From Octopus vulgaris (lineage: Eukaryota), in NCBI GenBank assembly GCA_951406725.2, contig OX597815.1, forward strand, positions 26,784,001-26,848,000: a stretch of DNA of 64,000 nt, in the 5' to 3' direction. Within the stretch, counting starts at the first letter, position 1, and each line of letters starts with the position of its first letter. The translations under genes were made by a program, and so were the position numbers. Positions 25,694-40,600 of the stretch are shown in pieces. Under the pieces are notes generated by a model. The model saw only the letters and a program-made list of their open reading frames with translations, did no database searches and was not told where the DNA came from.

Positions 25694-28600
25694 CTGAAAA
25701 AAAGACAAAAAAGGTTCATATTTAATATAATTAGTATTTAAATAATTCAACATTAACACAATGCAATTTTCATAAGATCAATTAGTATGACTTTAAAATT
25801 ATGGAAATAAATGAAACTATATTGTAATTTGTTTAAACAACCAACTTACCTTTGATAGGATTTGTATGATTTCAATCAGTATAAATAATTTCAGCCAAGT
25901 TTCTAAACTAAATTAACAATGGCATATTGGATGACTGAATGCAAAACCGAGTTCAAACTTAGGTACAGCTATTACTTTTTCTCAGTAAATTGCATTAACC
26001 CAAATGGTTTAATTTACTGAATTAAACTAGTTAAGCAATTACATTGGGTATTTAGACACAAAAATACTTCCTACAACATCTGAAATGTCAATTTGATAGC
26101 AGCCAAGTCTCACTCAAATCACAAAACACCCTAAAATCTTGAAACAAAGAGACATTTGCTAACATAATCCTAAATATATTATATGAAAAACAAAAAAAGA
26201 TGGGAAGATCATGGGAGGGATATCTTTGATCAGAGGTCCTTTTAATCAGGATTATGTAGTATAAAAAAATTAAAATACAACTGATATAATTAACTAAAAA
26301 TTATATACAAAAATGACATGTCAAATTCCAAGTGAAAATGTTTGACACTGATGTACTGGTTAATATATTAAGAATGTGAGAACAAAATTACAGTTGTTAA
26401 TCCTTCAGTAGAATTTTATTTTTATTATTGTTACTGCTTTCTAAATACATTTAAGTTTTAATTCTTTGTTTAAGCTATTCATCACCTAAGTGGCTTGATG
26501 CCTTTGAGAAATTCAAAACTTGTTAACTTTACTATTCACTAAAAATATCATGTTCCTAATACTTTCTTTGAAATTAAAATTTTCTCTCACTCACATTGCC
26601 CTTATTCAATGTGTTCATAAGCTTAATTACCAGAGACAGCCAAACTGATGAGAGAGCCTCTATTTGGTCATTTAAACTGCTAAAACTAAATCTCCCTCAT
26701 TGCATTCCACTGAAAAAATTCTAAGGAAAATCATTGGACATACAATAAATCTGAAAGAGAAAGACCAAGATATTGAATTATAGTCCTTGCTCGATTAAGT
26801 CAGACCTGAAGGTGAAACAAGGTAGGCTAGTAGTTAATTCTGCTTAACTGAATAGTTTATCATAGTTAAATGAACTATTTAAACTAATAGGAAGTGTGTG
26901 GGGAAGGGTAATAATAAAAATATTTACCATGCACTTCGGAGTTGGTTATCAATTTCAACATTTGAAGATGGGAGGAAAAGCATTTCTGCTCTGTTAAGAA
27001 GGCTACTAATCACAGAACAAGCAAACTGAAAAATAAAATAATTTTGTTAAAACATAGATAATTTACCACATTACTGATAGAATAATCAATCTAATATCAC
27101 TACTTGATTTCACAGGCATTCCAATAATCTACATCATAAGATAAAGGACCTTTGCATGGCTGCTTGGCCTGCTAGAAATTGCAACCAAATACCCTATCTT
27201 TAAGAAAGAAAAAAAAAAAAAAAAAAAAAAAAAAACTAACGCAGGAGTGGCTGTGTGGTAAGTAGCTTGCTAACCAACCACATGGTTCCGGGTTCAGTCC
27301 CACTGCGTGGCATCTTGGGCAAGTGTCTTCTGCTATAGCCCTGGGCCGACCAATGCCTTGTGAGTGGATTTGGTAGACGGAAACTGAAAGAAGCCTGTCG
27401 TATATATGTGTATATATATATATATACATATATGTGTGTGTGTGTGTGTGTGTTTGTGTGTCTGTGTTTGTCCCCCTAGCATTGCTTGACAACCGATGCT
27501 GGTGTGTTTACGTCCCCGTCACTTAGCGGTTCGGCAAAAGAACCGATAGAATAAGTACTGGGCTTACAAAAGAATAAGTCCCGGGGTCGATTTGCTCGAC
27601 TAAAGGCAGTGCTTCAGCATGGCCGCAGTCAAATGACTGAAACAAGTAAAAGAGTAAAGAGAGAGAGAGTAAGCATCCAGAATAATGTAGTCCAAAATGC
27701 AGTATGCCTTTAACAAAGATTGTATGACCACAGGTTGTTCAATTTGGCCTGTCCTGCACTAAACAACGCAAACTGTCACCAGTCACCTCCAATAGCTCAT
27801 ACTCTCTCCATGAAGAGCTGATGATCAGCCACCAATTAACAGATCTACTTCTAAAAGAAATAGCATCTTATATCTCAAAAGAATACATGCATGCAATTTG
27901 TTTTCTATTATTAACATTTAGGGTCAATAACTCATACCCATAATTATGTTAAGTGAATCAATTAACTATAACAATTTCATGAGATGAATAATATACGCTC
28001 AATTACATATTTTATTGCAAATAGTAAGCTCATTACCTTGTTTTGTAGGGCAAGAACCAATGACTTATTGGAAAGACTTGGAGTATCTTTTAACAACAAC
28101 TGACTTAATTCTACAACTGCTTTCAAATTACAAACACTAATTTGTTGAGTCACAGTCTCACTTAAAACCATTAGACCCTGGAAAATGTAGAAAATAATGT
28201 AAATGAAAATAAATATTAACAATTAAATAAAGATATATCTTTACAAAATATTACTGTTAAACTTGAAATGTTAACATCCTCCTAAATTTTCAAAATGCGA
28301 TTTTTAATATCTTTTTGCTAGTTATCTTTGTTAATTGTCTTATAACAATCTTCTGAAATTAACATTTACAATTAAAGCCCAAACAATGATTTTCATATAA
28401 ACTTTCAATGTCTGCATAATTAAATCTCAGAATGAGATTTAATGTTTATTATCCTTTAAAAACAAATATGGTTTTATTATATGGACAATAGTATTAATAT
28501 CTAAACTCACAAAAAGTACTTCAATTCTATTCTTATTCAATAGCAAAAACAATAAAGAACATGTGTTACACAAGAAGTATGGCATAAGAAGTGACCCAAT

Positions 28601-31600
28601 CTTTGACACTATTATCATGAATGACAGCAACATTATGTAAAACTCAGGTAATCTAAACGTATATCTATGCTAGCTGAAGTAGCCACTGTTGCTGATAATC
28701 CCCACCACTATCATCATTTTAACATCCACTTCTCCATGCTTGCATGGGTTAGACGGAATATGTTGATTAATAAAAAAAGAGTTGTTTTATGAAACCAGTC
28801 TAAACTCAAATTATTTTAGAATTTTCATTGAAACACATAAGGGGTGTATCTTCATCATCATCGTTTAACGTTTGTTTTCCATGTTAGCATGGATTGGATG
28901 GTTCAACAGGGGTCTGGGAAGCCAGGAGGCTGCACCAGGCTCCAATCTGATCTGGCAGTGTTTCTACAGCTGCATGCCCTTCCTAAAGCCAACCACCCCA
29001 TGAGTGTAATGGGTGCTTTTTACGTGCCACTGGCACAGGGGCCAGGAGAGGCTGGCAATGGCTACGATCAGTTGAAGCTTTTTACGTGACACTAGCATGG
29101 AAGCCAGTCAAGGTGGCGCTGGTATCTGCCACATTCAGATGGTGCTTTTTACGTGCCACTGGCACGGGGATCACAACTACAATTTCCATTTGATTTTAAT
29201 TTTGATGTACTTGACTCAATAGGGCTCCTCAAGCACAGCATGTCGCCCTACAATCCAGGGTACATTTGAATGGGCTGGGGCTGGTTATGCGAAACTGGCG
29301 TAGGATACAGCTATGAACTCACTTTATTTGCCGGGTATTCGCAGTCACAGCATATCTCCAGAGGTCTTTCGTCACTGCCTCTGTGAGGCCCAACGTTCGA
29401 AGGTCATGCTTCACCTCATCCCATGTCTACCTGGGTCTACCTCTACCCCGGATTCCTTCAACTATTTGGGAATGGCACTTCTTCACACAGCTCCTCATCC
29501 ATCTGTAGTACATGACCATACCAATGCAAATGTCTCTCCTGCATACCACATCCGATGCTTCTTATGTCCAACATTTCTCTCAGGGCACTTACACTGTCAT
29601 GTATGCACACTGACATTACACATCCAGCGGATCATGCTAGCTTAATTTCTTTCAAGCCTATGCATGTCTTCAGCAGTCACCGTCCATGTTTCATTGCCGT
29701 GAAGCATGGTAGTTCACACACATGCATCATACAATATACCTTTCACTCTGAGTGAGAGGCCCTTTGTCACCAGTACAGGTAGAAACTTCCTAAACATTGC
29801 CCAGGCTATTCTTATTCTAGTGTTAACACTCTCTAAGCATCTACCTCCACTACTAACTTGGTTACCTAAGTAGCAGAAGCTATCAACTACGAGTTTTTTC
29901 CTCTGGAATGTGATGGAAACTGTTTTCTGAGCATTTGTGGTGTTTATTGCCTGTGCATCTGCTGCACACGAAAGCTATCTTCCCGGTTAATCTTCCTTTG
30001 ATGTTGTACCTCTTATGTCTCCATAGCTTACACTGGGTACATCTTATGGAGTTTCTACCAACACCTTTTCTACAGATCGAGCAGGGCCATCTACCTGAAG
30101 GGGCTTGTAATGTGTTCACCTTCCTACTTACTAGAACTTTGGTCTTTGCAACATTGACTGTAAGGCCTTTCAATTCTAAACCTTGCCTCCACACCTGAAA
30201 TTTCTTATCTAGTTCTGGTAGTGATTCTGCTATGAGGTCTAAGTCATCTGCGTAGAGGAGCTCCCAGGGGCAACCTGTCTTGAATTCCTCTGTTATTGCC
30301 TGGAGGACTGATGAATAAAAGGGGACTGAGGGCTGATCCTTGGTTGACCTCTACTCCTACCCAGAATTCTTCACTATACTCACTGCCAATCCTACCCTTA
30401 CTGATGGCCTCTCTGTACAGCACTTATTCGTCAATCCCAGTTTCCGCATCACCCACCAGATAATAGTTCGGGGGTCCCTGTCAAAGGCTTTCCCCAAGTC
30501 CACAAAAGCTAAGTATAGGGGTTTATCTTTGGCTAGGTATTTCTCCTGCAGTTGCCACATCAGGAATATAGCATTAGTGGTGCTTCTACCTGGCACAAAA
30601 CCGAAGTGCATCTCATCTAAGCAGACTCTCTCCCTAATGAGATGGGCTATGACCCACTCTGTGACCATCACCTGATCCAGCAGTTTGATACCCCTGTAGT
30701 TATTTCTATCTATAGCATCACCTTTACCCTTGTAGCAGTTGACTATGGTGCTGCTATGCCAGTCATTGGGTATGACTCCATCATGAGCTACCTGGTTTAC
30801 AATGCAGGTGACTAGGTTAGCGATATAGTAATGAAGGGTTAATTTAGAAAAAACTCCAAGGTAGACAGCATTTCTTGTTCTGTGGTTCATTACTAAAAGA
30901 AAAAGATGTCTGTTTGGCTCGGCATGTGAGCATGCAACAACAAACTGGAAAACATAGATGTGTCGATTCAACTCTAGCAACCATGTCAGATTATCCCTGA
31001 GACTTGTTATGGCTTTAGAAAAAGAGAGTGTTACTGGAAACTGTAGATGCATGAACTCACACAATGTATTTGTTGAGATGACAGCTGTGTAGAATGAAAA
31101 CACCTTTGGCACAGTCAGTCATAATGGTGGCTTTCATTACATGTAACTTCAGAGTTTTGGTGCATCTAAACTTTATACCAAATTAATGTGCCAGGTAGAA
31201 GCACCACTAATGGTATATTCCTGGTGTGGCAACTGCAGGAGAAAGCCTTTGACAGGGACCCCCGAACTATTATCTGGTGGGCAATGCGGAAACTGGGATT
31301 GACGAATAAGGGCTGTACAGAGAGGCCATCAGTGAGGTTAGGATTGGCAGTGAGTACAGTGAAGAATTCCGGGTAGAAGTAGAGGTCCACCAAGGATCAG
31401 CCCTCAGTACCCTTTTATTCATCAGTCCTCCAGGCAATAACAGAGGAATTCAAGACAGATTGCTCTTACTTTCAGTCATGGGTTGTGAGAAGAGAAAACA
31501 GTGAGCTGATGAGAATTTAAAAACTTTTAGATAGTTAGCAACATCATTAATATCAACTGTTGTGTTAAATGACCTGTATTATCTCCATTGGCTTGGTATT

Positions 31601-34600
31601 TGTTGAATGAATCTAGCAGTTATACCTTGCTCAATATTTTTAGGAATCAGGATGTTGTAAACAAACTCACATATAAGTATCATCATCATCATCATCATCA
31701 TTATTTAACGTCCGCTTTCCATGCTAGCATGGGTTGGACGGTTCAACTGGGGTCTGGGAAGCCAGAAGGCTGCACCAGGCTCCAGTCTGATCTGGCAGTG
31801 TTTCTACAGCTTGATGCCCTTCCTAACGCCAACCACTCCGTGAGTGTAGTAGGTGCTTTTTACGTGCCAGATGTGGCTGGCAAAGGCGATGATCGGATGG
31901 TGCTTTTTACGTGCAACCGGCACGGAGGCCAGTTGGGGCGGTGCTGGCAATGGCCACGTTCGGATGGTTCTCTTACGTGCCACTGGCACTGGTATCACAA
32001 CTACAATTTCCATTGATTTTGATCGATTTCGATTTCACTTGCCTCAACAGGTCTTCACAAGTAGAGTTTTGTGTCCCAAGAAGGAAAGGTATGCATAAGT
32101 GGACTGGCTACATCCCAGGTAGAGGCCACGGGTTATGGTCTCACTTGTCTTGCCGGGTCTTCTCACGTACAGCATACTTCCAAAGGTCTTGGTCACTAGT
32201 CATTTCCTCGGTGAGACCTAATGTTCAAAGGTCGTGCTTCACCATCTCGTCCCAGGTTTTCTTGGGTCTACCTCTTCCACAGGTTCCCTCAACCGCTAGG
32301 GTGTGGCACTTTTTCACACAACTATCTTCATCCATTCTCGCCACATGACCATACCAGCGCAAACGTCTATCATTGTATGCAAGATTGAGCGATAGCTTAA
32401 AAGCAGAATACGCAGTCCTGCCACTTGGGAGTAAAACCACATTAAGTCCAGATCATGTGTGAGAAGATTAAAGAAAGACTGAAGGAGAAAGGAAAACGGT
32501 GATGTGACAAACTGACATCAGTTCTGTAAATCCCACTAACACTCCAATTCAATTATCACTCCATTACAACATTCAGTCTATCTACAGCTTTCATGCATTA
32601 TTCTTGATTGCACACAGATCTCCCTCTGAAATTTGGTAAAGATTCATTGAGAGATGACAACAGTGTTTTAAACAAAACAAGCAAATAATACTTATAAATA
32701 CAGCATTAGACGTACCTCCTCTGGTTGATCTCTTTTAATAAAATGCGGCAAATTTTTCATTATTGTAACCAGAACAGCTTTTGAATGTTCCTGTTGAAAG
32801 TAAAAAAAAAAAAAAAAGCATTGAGAATCAGTGAGAGCCAAAAACAGCATTTACATCAAAAGATAAAGAGTCCTGATCAACCCTTATAAATGAAATCATT
32901 CCTATTAATACAAAAGATTGCAGAAGGCCATAAAAAATTTTTTTTTAACTTCTAAGATCATGTAACAAAGATGCTAAAATCTACAATAAGTTATCATTGC
33001 CTTATTGACCATGAACTAGCATGCTGAACTACAAGTAATGATAGCATCCAACAAGCTAAAGGAAATGCAGAAATTTTCCAGAGGCCCAAAACATCTTACT
33101 CTAAAACCACAGAATTAACATCCAATCAACAAAGAGCACCTCTGAATGAAATGGAAAGCTTCCACAGGTAACAAAATCCTCAAATAAAGCCAATAGTTCT
33201 GTTTTGTCAAATTTATAAACAACATTCATTTACACTATCTTGAGCCTAGATTGTCTGCCTTCAACAAAATCTGGAAAAAAAAAAATTTCTAAACTGAGCC
33301 TTAAATATGCGATTAAATGACAAAAATGTAGAAAAGAACTAGTTTTGGTGAGGAGGTAACAAAATCTTACAAAGTGACCAATAAAGAGTTGCAAAGGATA
33401 GGAAGTTTTACTCGCATGAAGTAAAACAACTTATCCTTTGCAATTATCTGATTTAAGCTGATATTATAACTATAGCTCAAGTCTTGACCAACTGCCCAAA
33501 GAAATCCAATAAAATTTATTCCAATTTATGCACATGGGATCTTATACTTTATTTTAAAACAAGCTTTCAATTACAGAAGTGTCCATAAACTGAAATGACA
33601 ATGTATCTCTGGATGAACACCTACTGTCATCATCATCATCGTTTAGCGTCCGCTTTCCATGCTAGCATGGGTTGGACGGTTCAACTGGGGTCTGGGAAGT
33701 CAGAAGGCTGCACCAGGCCCAGTCTAATCTGGCAATGTTTCTACGGTTGGATGCCCTTCCTAACGCCAACCACTCCATGAGTGTAGTGGGTGCTTTTTAT
33801 GTGCCAGACGAGGCTGGCAAACGGCCACAATCGGATGGTGCTGCATTCTCCAAACTTTGGAATATTTTACCAAATCATCTTTTTGCCTTTAGTTCTACTC
33901 TTTAAAAGTTAGAAAATGTTCAGATTTAGTAATACTAACTGATTTCAAATGCAAAAACAACAAAAAATAAAGAAAAAAACAAAACACAAAAGCATAACAC
34001 ATGATGGACTTTGAACTGAACTTATCAATTTCTGAGTTTGTAAACAGAAGACAGCAATAATTTCTGAAAAAAGTGTAAACTTAAAAATATTTTTCTTACA
34101 GAATTTAGAATCTCAATCAAAATTTCACTGAATATTAATTAAAACACAGATTCTGTTTCATAGCCACTGTGTAAGACTTCAAAAGCATCAGCAAGCACAT
34201 GCAACAATGAAACTGGTGTTTGTAGCTAAACCTTATATGGTGCATAACAAGAGCTGGTAAGCTGTACCAGGTTCCAGCCTGTTTTAGCTTGGTTTTTATG
34301 ACTGGGTGTCCTTCCTAATGCTAACCACTTCACAAAGTGTAATGAGTGTCATTTACATGCCATTGACACGGGTGCCTTTTATGTGTCACCAGCATTGGCC
34401 ACAACAATGATTTCACTTAGCTTGATGGGTCCTCTCAAGCACAACAAATCACCAAAAGTCTCAGTCACTAGACATCAGATCAAAATTTTAATGTTCTAAA
34501 AAAAACACAATTTAATGCTGATTGACATTTTAATTAAACCAATAAGTACAAACCGAATTAAATATAGGAAGACACCGAGCCACAAGTTTCCTTCCTTTCC

Positions 34601-37600
34601 TGATGGACATCATATAGAGAAAAGAGTCTGCATGATTATCTTGAGTTCCCAGATTTAAAAAGAGCTGATTTATCTTCTCAGTACGGTCTTCATATAATTT
34701 TTTTCTACAAGTGAAATAAAAAAAAAAATAAAAAGATAAACAACATTTTATATAGTGTTTTTCTTAGCAAAGTGAGGGCAGGGTTAAATGAATCAATCAA
34801 ATAAATTCAGATTATACACATTTTTGATGATAATAAAATATCAATCCAAAATTCACAAACCTTGATTCTTCTGGTAAGGCCAAAACACGTTTCTCCAGGT
34901 CGTCAATGTCCAACAAAATAACATATGCCTGAAGAAAAAGTGGAAACAACCAAATGAATCTCAAGTACGACTTTGTAATTAGCTCCAATAAGAAGTGAAT
35001 CAAATATATTACCCCAAACAACTACCATGCATTTTTATTTTTACAAACAAACAAACGAGAGAGAGACAAAGCTGTTACACTTAGTTAAAAAAATAATAGA
35101 CGTACTTTTTCAATTTCCATTAACATTTGTCGATATCTGTATACATCTCTTCCTGATGATTTTCCACCTTGCTCATCATTGTGTGCCATTGAAACTAAGT
35201 CGATAACCTGTCGAGGATTGTGGACACTTGATGTGGAAACTCTTCCTAAAGATCCTTCAAAATGTGCTTTAATTAAAAAAAAAAAAAATAGTAAGCTTAA
35301 TAAATTTTCTTTTTTAACAAGAAATATAAGTTAAGAAATAAGGTAGAAAAGGAGTAGGTAGAAATATAAAGCAATTACAATTCTTGTGTCGCTTCGCAAT
35401 TATAAGGTCTCAGGTTCAATCCCAGTGAGTAGCATCTTGGGCAAGTGTTTTTTACCATTGCCTCGGGTCAACCCAAGCACTGAGTGAAATTGGGTAGATG
35501 GAAACTGTACAGAAGCCCTTCGGAGAGATTGTACATGTAATTCAAAGTAACATCCTTGGCACTGTATCACACTCATTTTACTTGAGAATTACGTTAATGG
35601 TACACTCTCTTTTTACTCTTTTACTTGTTTCAGTCATTTGATTGTGGCCATGCTGGAGCACCGCCTATAGTCGAGCAAATCGCCCCCAGGACTTATTCTT
35701 TGTAAGCCTAGTACTTATTCTGTCGGTCTCTTTTACTGAACCGCTAAGTTACGGGGACGTAAACACACCAGCATCAGTTGTCAAGCGATGTTGGGGGGAC
35801 AAACACAGACACACACATACATACATATATACATATATACGACGGGCTTCTTTCAGTTTCCGTCTACCAAATCCTCTCACAAGGCTTTGGTCAGCCCGAG
35901 GCTATAGCAGAAGACACTTGCCCAAGGTGCCACACAGTGGGACTGAACCCGGAACCACGTGGTTGGTAAGCAAGCTATTTACCACACAGCCACTCCTGCG
36001 CCACACATGCCTGTGGAATACTCAACTACTTCACATGCTTATTCAATAAGTAGGTAATTGGAATAACTGAATCCACAACATCAAAACCAACTGATCAATT
36101 TATCAAAAACTGAGAAATTTCCTTAAAATTTACAATTAATAATTTTACCTACAATTCTATATGAAAATGGTGAGATTTTTGTAAATTGAGGATATTTACA
36201 TTTGATCAAGTGATTTTGCAAGCTACAGAATGTTTTAGTCAGATTTTAGTTGCAGACAATAATATAAAATAGAAGTGAGGCTAACACAACAAAACAGACT
36301 GGTCTATCCCAGATAACTAGTTGGAAGAAGAATACAAAAAGAAATATAGGGCTAAATATCTTGCCAAAAATTTTGAAATGCCTACATGTTATCATCCATT
36401 TGATAATCTGTTGGAATATTACTTTTACAGTTGGACACTATCAATGGAAGAGAATGTTTTTGATATAACATGCCTTACAAAATACAAAGTAGTACAGAAC
36501 ATGATAGCAGTCAGAAATCCAAAACCAGAGCCAAGTCAAAATATTTCATACTATGTCCATTAATACAGCATTCTGGTTAGAACCAAACAGAAAATATTGC
36601 AACTAGGATATCCAAAACAACTATTTACCTGGAGTATAAGCTTTTGTTTCAATTTTAGCAAGTGCTGGAATAATAAGTTTTGGTTCATCCTTATTTTCTT
36701 TGTTCTTTTTCTTCCTCTCTTCAGCTGATTTTCTTAAAGTGTAGCGCTTCAATAAGAACAAGAAAAATTTATTAAATGTTAAAAAAAAAATTCTGGATTA
36801 TCAGTTTCAAAGAAAGTTAATTGCCTTGAAGCAAATGGAAAGGCTAAGGGTTTAAGAACTGATAGTTTGATACTCATTTCTTTGAGAACATTAAGAAAAT
36901 ATCGAAGTATATTTGCAACCTAAATGTGGCTGACCCACATAGGATGATGCTACTGTAGTTTACAACCCCAGGAAGACATCTCCTCCAGCTGTGTCCTTTT
37001 CGAGATCAGCAACTGTTTGTCACTGGAAAAAGCATATAGTATTTTGTGTTCGGAATCACATCTCATCCTTAGCCAGTGATTGTCACACACTAATGATGGG
37101 TTATTACCCAGAAACCCAGGTCTGTGTGTATCACGTCAGTCTAGAGATGGGAACAATGATCGGACACAGACAGTGTTCGTTAGCCAGCTGGAGGAGATGT
37201 CTTCCCGGGGCTAAAATCTACAGCAGCATCGTCTCATATGGGATGGCCACATTTAGGTGGAAAATATATTTCATGATGTCATGCTGCTACTCTTTCTCTT
37301 TTACTTGTTTCAGTCATTTTGACTGTGCCCATGCTGGAGCACCGCCTAAGCAATGCTAGGGGGACAAACACAGACACAAACGTATATATATATATATATA
37401 TACATACGACGGGCTTCTTTCAGTTTCCGTCTACCAAATCCACTCACAAGGCTTTGGTCAGCCCGAGACTATAGTAGAAGACACTTGCCCAAGGTGCCAC
37501 GCAGTGGGACTGAACCCGGAACAAGGTGGTTGATAAACAAGCTACTTACCACACAGCCACCCCTGCGCCTACTGTTTACATCTCGCTCAGAGATTTATTA

Positions 37601-40600
37601 TATTAAGAAAAATTTTTGTAAAACATACATCATAGAAGCAAAACTAGGCTGCAGATTAAAACTAATTTGCTTACAATTTTCCTTCAATATCATAAAAATC
37701 ATGACCTGAAATTGTTTTATACGAGGCATTTTCAATTGATTTGAAGGAATAAATTAATCCTGTATAGAGATTTAAATGCAGGAAATAAAAGAATATAGTG
37801 AGCATCAATGTATTCAATGTATAGAGCATAATAAATGCTAACTAGGAATAAATAAAAATGACAAAAAAAACAAACTAACATTAGTATTCTTCAATGACTA
37901 ATAATTTGGTTTTTACCGTCATATACATGATACAATTTGAGTTTCAGATGTATTTTAATCTCATTAGTAAAGCATGGCTTTTATTATAAATGCCAAATGA
38001 ATAGTAAATGTGTCACTTGTGCTTGCTGCAAAAATGAAAATATTAGCCATTGATTAATATCAGGTTTTTTTTCACCTCGCATCATCATCATTTAATGTCA
38101 ACCTTCCATGCTGATATGAGTGGGATGGTTTGACCGAGGTCTGGAGAGCCAGCAGCTGCACCAGGTTCCAATCTGATCTGGCAATGTTTCTACAGCTAGA
38201 TGCCCTTCCTAATGCCAACCACTACAAGAGTGTAGTGAGTGCTTTTTACATGCTACTGGCACAGGAGCCAGTCAGGCAGGTCTGGCATTGATCACTTTTG
38301 GATAGTGCCTTTTATGTGCCAGTCAGGGGGTACTGGCATTGGCCACATGCGGATGGTGCTTTTTACGGGCCATCGGCATGGGAGTCAGTTAGGGGGCACG
38401 GGCCACAGCTACGATATTGGTTTTGACTCAACAGGTCTTACCAAGCATATATCACTCCAGGCATCAGGGGTACTCTTAACTGGGCCGGACATGCATGACT
38501 GTGGAAAACAAAAGCAGAGGCAATAACCTGATGCGTAGAGCATTAAAAGCTTTAAGCACTACTTACTACTTTCTTCCATGTAAATGATTGAGTTATTTAA
38601 TTTCTAAGAAAGAGGAAAAGGCTCTGAATACTTACTACATAATAATAATCGTCAACATAAGGATTATCTGTGTGTAACTGCAAAAGCTGAATTTTAATAA
38701 CCCATTCTTTTTCCTTCTGTGTCATAATCCCAGCATATTCATCAATAGGATGCCGTGTGTCTAAACGTTCCCGATAATTATCGCGTCCTCGCTGCTGCTG
38801 ATAATTATTTTTGTTTTGGCTGTAAATAAATGAACATTTTCCTTTCCATAAAATATAAACAACAAAATAAAGTCTATTTTAAATTAACTACCTCTAGAGT
38901 ATGTCCACATTTTTTTTACAACTAAAAACATTTTATAAGTGAAAGAGAGCAATGACTTAATCCACTAAGCTACTGGAACATATGATTTTTATTCAGTATC
39001 TAAATTAACAGCAACAGTTGAGACAAGACTAAACATCTGTCTTATTACTATTTCTATAAACAAGATTCACTGTTGAACTTATTAAACTAAGATAATGTTT
39101 GGTTTCAGCCACTGCCTTAGGCTCACCAGTTCCATCTGATTCATAAATATAATATGAGAATCACTACCATTAATTCATATAATTTGTTTCATTTCTGCAC
39201 ATAGTGAAGTTAACCTGGACAGATTTTATAATCATCATCGTTTAATGTCCGTTTCCATGCTGGCATGGGTTGGACAGTTTGATAGCTGTCCAGACACCAA
39301 TTGTCTGTTGTGGCATGGTTTCTACAGCTGGATGCCCTTCCTAATGCCAACCACTATACAGAGTGTGCTGTGTGCTTTTTATGTGCCACCAGAACAGGTG
39401 CTTTTACAGTGCTGGCACAAGTGCATTTTATGTGGCATCAGAAACTATAAAGAACAAGCCTGCATGTATGGATGACAGCAATTTTTATTAGCTTGATGTT
39501 TCAAGATTTTATAATAAAAATGTGAACTACTTAAATTATTACTGACATTGTTACTTAGAGTTTGTTCATTTTAAATCCATTTTTCCACACACTTCTAACC
39601 ACTAACCAATATGTTTTTCAAGTACAGTCTCTTATTTTCCATGCCCTTGAAGGCACAAACAAGTGGACAAGGTCATAGAATAAAATTAAACAAATGCACT
39701 AACACACACACACATGCACGCAACAGGCTTCTTTCAGTTTCCACCCACCAAATTCACACACAAAGCTTTGGTCAGCTTGAAATAGAAGACACTCATCCAA
39801 AGTGCCATGCAGTGGGATTGAACCCAAAACCACATGGTATGGAAGAAAATTTCTTAACCATGTACCCATGCCTGCACCTGTTGTTTACTGAAACAATATA
39901 AACACAAATAAAACTCACTTATTAAATTGACGCATTTGATGAGGTGGTCTGTGAATCCTGACATTGTCATTTGGATGAGGAATTCTAAAAAAAAGAATCA
40001 GGAATTAAAAAAAGAAAGAATTTAATGCAAACAGTAGAGGCTAATTTGACATTTTGGTTTGTTAAATGAAGATATTAATGAACAATAACTAAATTGAAAC
40101 CCAATAAACAAGTCTAGAACATTTTAATAATCACAACAGTTCCATGTAAAAACATCGCCTTGCTTCCATCAAACTTTTTATTTCCACCATCACAAGGTCT
40201 GCTCTGATTAAACCAACCTGGGATTCTACAAATCATCATTATCAAAGACTTAGAATTAAATTGTTAATTTTTTGGTTCAAAAAGCAAAAACAAGGCCATG
40301 TAGGGAGACATGGAGGGTGTTCATGCAAAGAGTTCAGGCCATTTCTGATCAAGAGAGTCTTTGAACCGAGTGGTTGTAAAGAATAACTGACAAGATTTTA
40401 TCAGAATGTAATAGGAAAATAACTTACCTTTGTCCATTAATATTAGGAACTGATGAGCCAACTATTCTCATTAAATTTGGAGGGTATATCAAATTTGGTG
40501 GAAATCTGGGCACAGGATGATTCCTTGCAAGGTTTCCTAAGAAAATAATTCAAAATTCAAATTTCAAAACAGTTTCTTTTAGATATTTCAGTTGGTTTTA

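Noticed and set aside
26640-26700. Other CTGATGA occurrences (12923, 26645, 27820, 30308, 53764) as hammerheads or C/D boxes
   Set aside because: No downstream GAAA-stem III-UH with pairing stems, and no matching terminal stem.
32225-32440. ORF fusing a Helitron helicase motif to an RTE C-terminus
   Set aside because: Chance in-frame junction of a truncated RTE next to a Helitron scrap; not a plausible chimeric gene.
33180-33285. Poly-T CCAG acceptor on the minus strand in a PATL1 intron
   Set aside because: Not needed for frame continuity, no PAT1 similarity, stop codons follow and no convincing donor.
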